A DNA stretch of 62,696 nucleotides, the filler included, from Sluysia triapertura (lineage: Eukaryota), in NCBI GenBank assembly GCA_046118255.1. It is 5 parts of 5 records of this genome, joined end to end, with 100 filler letters (N's around TTAATTAATTAA, not from the genome) between each part and the next. Parts side by side here need not be neighbours in the genome. Positions count along the whole stretch, not along the records: positions 51,188 to 62,696 come from JBJNIA010183957.1; 4 more parts are not named here. One strand, written 5' to 3'. The translations under genes and the position numbers were made by a program. Under the pieces are notes generated by a model. The model was not told the DNA's origin and ran no database searches. It was given only the letters and a program-made list of their open reading frames with translations. Positions 54,460 through 62,696 of this stretch are shown one piece after another (the stretch's first letter is position 1; every line of letters starts with the position of its first letter).

Positions 54460-54960
54460 ATAATATCTCTAGCTAAATTACCCGGGATAATAGAGTACAT
54501 TTCAAATTTAAAATATTCAAAGTCGGCTCAATTTCAACTACAGGCTGTGCCATTAATACTAAAACGTAAAAATGATATGAATTTATCTAAAACCAGCAAG
54601 AAAAAAATTTTCCCTATGGTATTCCATTTATTCAACAATATGTAGTCAAAAATCAACGATTAATATATGTAATGATTTTGATTTCCACAGTTGAATTAGC
54701 AATACTAAAGTACTTTCAGTTAATAATAATGAAAAGATTAAATCTGAAATTAATGCGTCCATCTAGTGGTATATATTAACAGAGCTTGATATATTAGTCG
54801 ATAAATTACCGGAGCTTGATATATTAGTCGATAAATTAACGGAGCTTGATATTTTAGATGTCCACATTGTTGCAACAACTCAGTGTCGAATTTTGATGAT
54901 GCTCTATCATACGAATCAAATTAAAGAAATATATTATCCTATGCAACATTTAATAATGCG
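54460..54960 (+). pseudogene. Decayed DEAD-box RNA helicase N-terminal fragment
   Basis: LKYSKSAQFQLQAVPLILKRKNDMNLSKTSKKK (Q motif and decayed motif I AKTGSGKT), VMILISTVELAI (Ia PTRELA) and HIVATTQCRILMML (Ib TPGRL) appear in the correct order and spacing, with frameshifts. Confidence 0.6.
54781..54857 (+). repeat. 30-bp tandem repeat, about 2.6 copies
   Basis: GAGCTTGATATATTAGTCGATAAATTA(C/A)CG repeated. Confidence 0.92.
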
Positions 54961-55903
54961 TTATCAATTAGTTGAAAAGAGAGAAAGAGTTTTATGCATA
55001 TTACCATCAAAATTAAGTTATAAAATAAAACAGAGAAATAAAAAGATACTCGAAAGAATTCAAATCATACTACGTAATTAAACTATAACAACGTTTAAAT
55101 GTTATCTTAACTTTCATATTATAAATTTTAACATTCTAAAAGAAAAATGTATATTATGCAATTACTATTTGAAGTTAATCATGTTTTGTAGTACCACATC
55201 ACAATAAGTACATTTTTAGTTTTGTTTAATACAACTTTTGGTTAAGCTGTTTTAAAACTTGAATTCAATTAAGAATGAATACGATGATTATAAAACGATT
55301 TATTAATTGTACTGTGTTAAATTAAATAAGACTAGACGATTGGAAATTAATTAATTAATTTTTTATATCGTTTATTAATTTCAGAATTGGATTCAAGTGA
55401 AAAATTAATATATCATTTATCTGTATAAATCGACTTAATGAAAAATGAATATCAAATAATCACAAAAATTGTTTTTATATTGATTAATAAAAGTACATAT
55501 ATAAAAATCAGATGATAAATTCACAATTCGTGAAATATTCGGAATTTTCCTTCTATGACAATACTTCCATTGCTGATTTAAATAAAATTTATTAGAATAT
55601 TGTTTAATATACATTTTATAAAAACAGTTTTACTTATTTAAAAATTGAATGGCTCATATTTAACAATACATTGTTTAACTATTCTTTATAGTTACCTTAA
55701 GAAATCTTTAAGGTCACTTTATTTTATAATTATTTTTAGATGTTTTATGTAAGGTTCATATTCGACATTGCATATGAAGATTTTACTAAAATTTCAAAAA
55801 CATATCCAAATTCTTTAAGCCTTAGTTGATAGACAAATTGGACAAACTTCAGAAATGAATTTTTGAATCCATATCTTAAGGACTTATAAGTTGCTATGTT
55901 AAA

Positions 55904-56630
55904 CTAAAACAGCCACAAATCGTTTAAATTATTTAAAACTAATTGAAAAGTTACTAAATTGCCGTGCTTGGTTCCGCTTAATTTGCCATTGAAGCAGAGA
56001 CTTCTACAAGTCTCACATGTAACTACTTTATTATCAAGATTGAGTATTGAATATTTGTTGGATCGACTTGCTAGCGGACATGAAAAATACACATTTCTTT
56101 TAATAATTTTTCCAGTGTTTCATTGCAAATCAACCAGCTTAACCTATTTCTCATATGTGTTACTCGGAAGATTCTCCTGTGGGATATGACTAATTATAGT
56201 AATATAAATAGCAACGAAAAATTCTCACTAAAATCGTAGCCAATCTTTAAAATGTTAAATGGATTGAGCCAACATCTATTTCGCCATTCACCAATAAAGA
56301 TTTTAAATCTACGGGATTGTTCATTGACATTTAACTAATAAATGATGAGCACAGCACTGTTAGATTTCGATACGTTACCGTATCAATTAATTTATATAAT
56401 AGAATCGAGATATTAAAGTCACGACAATCTAATTTAATAATTTCATTAAATTTTGTAAGATAGATTTCAACTGGTTTGTTCCAACAATTTGCTACTTGAA
56501 TTACTTTAATAAAAACTAAATCAGCGGCAAGTTTCGTATCTGGATACTGATATGTTACCTTCCTAGAGAAATGAAAGCATCCGTTGACAAATATTTTTGT
56601 TATATGAGTTGTCATATGTGTGATTCTCAC
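55904..56630 (-). pseudogene. Degraded coding-like region, unassigned
   Basis: Largely open minus frames (56630-56331 and about 56330-55904, with one stop) and higher GC than the flanks. No family recognised. Confidence 0.25.
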
Positions 56631-58271
56631 ATAATGATGTCTAGAATTAAATCACGATAAAACGAGATTTTATTACATAAATGAAATCAACTTTTATTCA
56701 TCACCATTACATAGATCATTAGACGTAATTGGCGCTAGTGTAATGTAAGTTTTAACAAGATTTATTGCCAAATTTATTTCATCTTTATTCTATTCATGTT
56801 CTTTTCTGAATTTATTTTTGATATAGTAATAACAGTTTTGATCATATTCACAAGAGTAATTTTTATTCTAACAATTTTTAATAATCTCTTAATTACTAAA
56901 CTTTTTAGTTTTTCAATTTATAAATTTTTGCCCATCATTAAAATTGATTATTTCTTAAATTAATAGAATCTCTAGGTGGATTCTATATTACACCAAAAAT
57001 TATTATAATTATATTAATATTGGTATTGTTATTTTTTGGTATGAGAAATCAAGTTTTTCTTATCATGATTTTCGTATTAAACGTTTTTAAGTACTTAAAT
57101 AAACTTAGATGTTACAGATTGATGTTATATAACATAGAATAAAAAGATGTATGAAATATGGTCTGAGATAAAGAATGTTTTTTGTCTGCAGTGATTTAAT
57201 ATAAAACGTTATAAATGACTTACTTAAGACCAAAATGCAATGTGTCTAACAAATTACGACTGAAGATGCAATTAATGTCGAAGTAGATGGAAAAAGTAAT
57301 TCAGTAGTATATAGTTTTAGGAAGACTTAAGCATCGAAAAATATCGATTTAGAAGGGGATTTAAGTAATAATTACCACGTTTTAAGTTACAATTTAAGTG
57401 ATCAAGATATAAAATCAGCCTAACAAAATGGTAGTTAAGAAACAGTAAGTAGGAAACATTAAAATCTAGCCAGCAGATAAGGTCACAGTTAGTAATGATA
57501 GTGGAATTAAAGAATGGTACATAAGTAAACATACTAAAGTATGTGATAAATTTTCTAAGTTTCAATCAACGAAAACATGCAACTAAACAGAGTTAGATAA
57601 GGGTTGGGTTTTAGACTACATTTCAGAGATTTCTTTTATTATAAATTTTCAGACTAAACTTTTTTAGGTAATAAACCATAAACTAAGAAACCAGATATGT
57701 TAATATACGCTCAGAGTTATATTTTTTTATATAGTTTTTTTAGATAAAAGCGGTATAAATTCATGTTAGAAATTACATAGATATTTTTATTAATTCACTT
57801 ATAATGATTTTAAATTCCCCTTAACTAGATTTAATATATTTAAAATTGCACGATTAGATAACTTATAGATAAGTGTTTTTAAATATTGTGGAGAACAACC
57901 TTTTCATTCGAAATTTTAATTCAACATTACAAACGAAATATCACACTTTATAACATTTCACATTTTAATTGTACAGATCTATTAAAATTTTAGATACTTT
58001 AAAACATTTTAAATTCACAATTTCATAATATTAAAATTATATTCAACATCGAAAATCATCAAATGTATATTTCAAACATAATTCAAGTTCACAATTCTTC
58101 AACATTCACATCATTAATATTATTGAAAGACATTAAAATTACATTGTGAAACATCATTATAATCAAAATGGAATTTCTTTTAACATTTTCAGCTACGTTG
58201 TTACATTATTTTTATTATTACTGCATAAATTCTGTAGAAAAGACATTAATAATTTAAAGAAATCTAAAAGC

Positions 58272-59681
58272 ATTTCAAGAGTACAAGATATCAAATAAAC
58301 AGAATTATGTAAAGAAGAAATTTTTATGTTATTATTATTATTAATTCTTATTTTATTATTCATTATTATTTATTTTATTTTATATTTATTATTATTCTTA
58401 GTTTCATCATTACTAATATTATTACCTGCATTAATAATGTCATTATTAATTACTGTTATTAATTGATTTTTATTCTCAACATTTTGTCACAAAATTTGCG
58501 TTGTTCATTGTCATTATCTCCTGGTAACACCACCTTTAATTGAATTTTTAATTTTATGGTCACAGTAACTGTCATTGTGGACAGTATTTTGATAAGTTTA
58601 AATTAAATTTCATTACATTGATATAGCTACTAACAGTCATAATTTCCAATTGGACATCCAATCATTGCTAATCAATGGAAAAAAGCACTACTCGATTCAA
58701 TAAACAAAAAAACCAAAAACATTATTAAAAAAAACTTCTTGACAATCATTGTTGTTTTAATTTTATACTCAGTTAAAAAGACACAGTTTCTAGAATGAAA
58801 ATTTTATTAATGATTTTGTATATTTAATTAATTATCATGGATCATAACAATAACAGAAATGATAATGCAATTATTAGCTCTTTATCGAACAATCTAGTTC
58901 ATTTTAATCGTTGAAAATCAATTGAAAATAGTAAGAAAGTAGTATGTATCATAATATAAGATGTGGTTCTGTTGGACAGTTAAATCTTGATTTAGTACTA
59001 GAATATCAATTTTATAAGAGTGCAGCACTGTTTTATAGAAAAGGTTATATTGATTTAAAATTGTATGATGATTCTAACAATAATTATTTACCAAATAAAG
59101 ATTCTGATGAAATACGTTCTACAGAAAACATTTAAACTACAATTAATAGCGATTCAATTAACATCATCATGTAAATTGCAAAATCAGGAATGCTCAACAT
59201 TAAATGTATATCTTCGCATTATTAAACAAGATTTTAAAACAATCAAGTATTTCAAGATTCTAATTCTCCATGTTCCACAAAGAATATTTCAAGTAATCGG
59301 AACAAAGAATCTTTTGACGTGTTTAGTCCGAGTAATGATAAATTTGGCATTATGAATCACTCTCATGACAAATATAAGTTTCCAAAGTATGATCTCTGTC
59401 CATTTCCGGCTACTACATCGGGACTATGTGTAAAGTATGCCTATCTGTGTCCTTATGCCCATAGTTTCAACGAATTGACACCAATTTCTGAAAATTCAAT
59501 ACGGGCATCATATTTCAGTATCGAAAATTTTAATGAAGTAAATTTTTATTCTTTTGAAAATTGTTTTATTCTTGATTTTTATGTTCGTAATAATAATCTC
59601 ATAATTTTACTTTCAGGATATGACTCAATCGTTCTTTTTGTATGTTCGAGAAATAAAACAAAAAATTTTTATAACTTTTAG
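58272..59681 (+). pseudogene. CCCH cassette, copy D
   Basis: Leader SRVQDIK*TELCKEE, a (TAT)n tract and a weak stem. SNWTSNHC compares with CNWTSNQF in copy C, and KRHSF*NENFINDFVYLIN with KRQIFSNNNCYKSFEKLIN. The finger KYDLCPFPATTSGLCVKYAYLCPYAHSFNEL is intact. Frameshifted. Confidence 0.65.
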
Positions 59682-60019
59682 CAATGTTGTAAATAAATAT
59701 TAATAAATATTTAGCAATTAATTTTATGTTTTGTATTAACGAATTTTGTAAAGTTTTATCTATAAAGTCAATAATGCGTAAAGTTTTTTGAAGATCTAAT
59801 AACTTTTTTCGTTCATAGCAAAATTTTAATTAAAAATAACTAGTTTAAAAATATTATAACCCCAAAAATATAATGTTATTGATAAATACGATATCCATAA
59901 TAGGAACCTTGTTATATATTGATAAAACTGTATAAAAATAAGTGTAATACTGAAGTAATTAAATACTAATTAAAAAGTAATAAATAAATAATAGCAGCAG
60001 TAATATTTTCAAATGCCTT

Positions 60020-60340
60020 TTGTGATAATGAAGTATCTTATTCTCACTGATAAAAATTTGTGGTACAGATAGTATGAGACCTCATTTTTCTGTATCTGTT
60101 GCACTATAGCACATTCAGTTAATGCCTTTGATTGTTTCAGGACACAATTTTACATCATTAAGAACTTATTCTATATTTTCTAGTACACTTATCAAAATTT
60201 GAAATATATTTTCCATTGCAAATACAATAAATGGTAATATTTTACATATGGCTTCACATTTCATATCCAGGGTATTCCATTGGTCCTTTTGACAAAAAAT
60301 TCCATCTTGAATAAGTATAATCACGATACATAAGACCATA
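60020..60340 (-). pseudogene. Possible secreted Cys-containing (saposin-like?) gene remnant
   Basis: Signal-like MVLCIVIILIQDGIFC, then CEAICKIL...LCPETIKGIN*MC, with two in-frame stops. Confidence 0.25.
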
Positions 60341-60431
60341 AAGAACAAGTTTAATATATTACCGAATTCTTCTTTTTATCATATTGTGAGAATTTAGTGG
60401 AGATACGATAGAATAAAATAAGATTTTAACG

Positions 60432-60462
60432 TGAGTCCACCAACGTACTAGGCTTTGGATTT
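60432..60462 (-). repeat. Dispersed GC-rich motif, copy 4 (internally deleted)
   Basis: Reverse complement TCCAAAGCCTAGTACGTTGGTGGACTCAC. Confidence 0.65.
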
Positions 60463-62546
60463 GTAGATAAAATATTTTAAAATAAAGGGTAGAAAAATTG
60501 GCTAAAGCGTAGTTTTTTGCTAAGGTATTCCTTGCTTAATAACTTAACTGTTAATTTCAATTTAATTCGGGAAGTATCGTGTATGAACTATCTAAGGTAT
60601 GCGTGATTTTGCTATTATTACTTTTCGATTTTAGTAAGATCTGAAGGTATATAATATTAAGTGTTCGAAGTAATTAAATCAATAGTTTAGTAAGAATTTA
60701 CGATGGTTCTATGAAAAGGATCAATAAAAATGATTTTTCGAGATTATATTTAAATTCTAATCGTCGAAAACGTATTTGAAACTGAAATTTTAGAGAACAG
60801 TAAATAATTACTCAAATTTTTATTAAATACAAAAATATAATAATGGAATTTACAGTAAAATTATATGTTAGTTTGCGAGGAAAATAAATAAAATTAATTT
60901 CCTGAGTCAGTGGTAATTTAATAATGATTTTGCATCAGATCTATTATAACATCTGTTAAAGAAAAATTAATTAAAAATGATTTTTCGTGTATTTTGAATA
61001 TATTCTACCTTAACATAAATAAGCAAACTAATTATTAGTTTTTGTATAATTCGATAAAGAGTTCCACGTTCAGTTTCAAAACGAATTTTCTTGTCAAATT
61101 GATTATTAAATTACCAAATTGTGTGAAAAAGAATTGTGAAACTGTCTAAGAAATTTCAAGGCTATATATAATTGTTTTAGTCTGACCTCGACCAGACTAA
61201 AACAAATTATTTTATTTAATATATAAAAACAAAATGCGAATTTTCTTTTAAAATTTTGAAAAATGTATATTCAATTATCATTTGTCATTTAAAAATGAAT
61301 AATTTGACAATCAAAACTAATAAATTAATTAAAAACTAATTATTAATTAAAAACAATTACTTACATTAAAATTAAGATATGAATCCTAGAATTACAAAAT
61401 TACAAATAAATAATAAAAAGCATAAATATTAAAATCAATAATTTTGTACTATGTACACAGTTATATTATAATAAAAATCAATAATTTTGTAATATACAGT
61501 TATAATATAAATACATTATAGTATCTAGTCATAACACACATAATATTCATATCACAACAATATGGAAGAAGTGGTTCTGAGTTTTCTCTAATATTTACAT
61601 TTCGATTAAAAACAAGTTTCAATACGAATATATTTCAGTTTAGCAAATACGATTAGCCTTAGAGCTAAGGGATTTTGTGAATTAATTTTAATAATGTTTG
61701 TAGGATTTCGCTACCGTACATGTTTAAAACGATTTAGCTCATTAAATTTATGATTTTATTTAATAATGCTAATTAAGTGCAATTTTAGTATCGTATATTT
61801 AAAAACGATACATCTTACTTATTCCAGTTTTTTCGGTTGGATTCTAAGCTAGTTAATTTTAATTATAAAATTGAGGTTAAACTAAAAATCATACGACTTA
61901 AACTGCTTCTTAATGAATTTTAATCAGGTTCCTCTAAACAGAACCTACGAAATTAATCTTGTCTTAAGTAATTTGACTACCAGTTTGTTATGAATAAAAC
62001 CTATCATGAGTTAAGTAATTTATTCGTTTTGTTATATAATAAATTTTATTGAGATTTCCTGTAAATGGAACTTATTAATAATTAAGTGATTTTTTTGATA
62101 GTTTTTAAAAAGAACCTATGAAATAAGGAACTAGAAATTTAAGGCCCTGCACAAATATATAAAATACAAGTAATTAAGTCGAGAAAGTAGTAGCAGCAAC
62201 AGTAATAATAATCTTTATATTTTTTGTATAATATCAAATTAGTTTAGTTTTTTATCACAAAATTTAATGTTGAATGATTAAGCATTTCAAAAGTAGTACT
62301 AATAATAAAATGGTCAAATCATATTTTAAATGTAAATAAGTAATGCTACTTTGAATATTCAATTTAATAAACTTCAAAAATATGTTTTGTGACTACTAAT
62401 ATATATTCATTTAATGCTTTCGTAATTATATTAATTATATTTTTCCTATTAATTAAGAGAAAGTTATTAATTAATTTTAATTTAATTTGTTAAAATATGA
62501 CTGAAACAACAACAATAATAATGACACTATAGTAAAATTGTCAAAT

Positions 62547-62696
62547 TGTTGGGATTGCCCAACTTTAGATTAAGAGACGAGTAAAATAATATATAGAATT
62601 ACAAATGAAGGAAGAATTAATGAGAAGTAACAGATGAAGTATTATAAACTTCGTTGAAATAAGAATAATGAAAAAGAAAACATTTAAAATGATCCT
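62547..62696 (+). repeat. Dispersed repeat, possible LTR start, copy 2
   Basis: Matches 38466-38639. Confidence 0.7.

Noticed and set aside
54781-54857. CRISPR-like appearance of the 30-bp repeats and the hairpin triplets
   Set aside because: The 30-bp units are head-to-tail without spacers, the triplets are degenerate with irregular spacing, the context is eukaryotic and no cas genes are present.

Overview
Very AT-rich eukaryotic DNA, most likely a compact, derived animal genome. Introns as short as 32-34 nt would fit a reduced parasite such as an orthonectid, but that is an unverified guess. The window is a concatenation of contigs: four 100-bp N gaps each contain the artificial linker TTAATTAATTAA. 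Supportable spliced genes are a NUDT14-type Nudix hydrolase, head-to-head with COP9 signalosome subunit 7; six internal exons of an IP3-receptor-like channel; and an MPPED-like metallophosphoesterase with degenerate metal-binding motifs. The rest is decayed DNA transposons and MITEs (hAT, mariner, Tc1, piggyBac), a probable LTR, and decayed fragments of housekeeping genes (PRMT1, HERC-type ligase, DEAD-box helicase). The most unusual feature is a four-copy, highly diverged cassette: a short MSRN... leader with a half CCCH motif, an (ATT)n tract, a hairpin whose stem sequence differs between copies but stays paired, and a long interrupted ORF with a C-x9-C-x6-C-x3-H zinc finger. All homology calls are from motif recognition by eye, not database searches.
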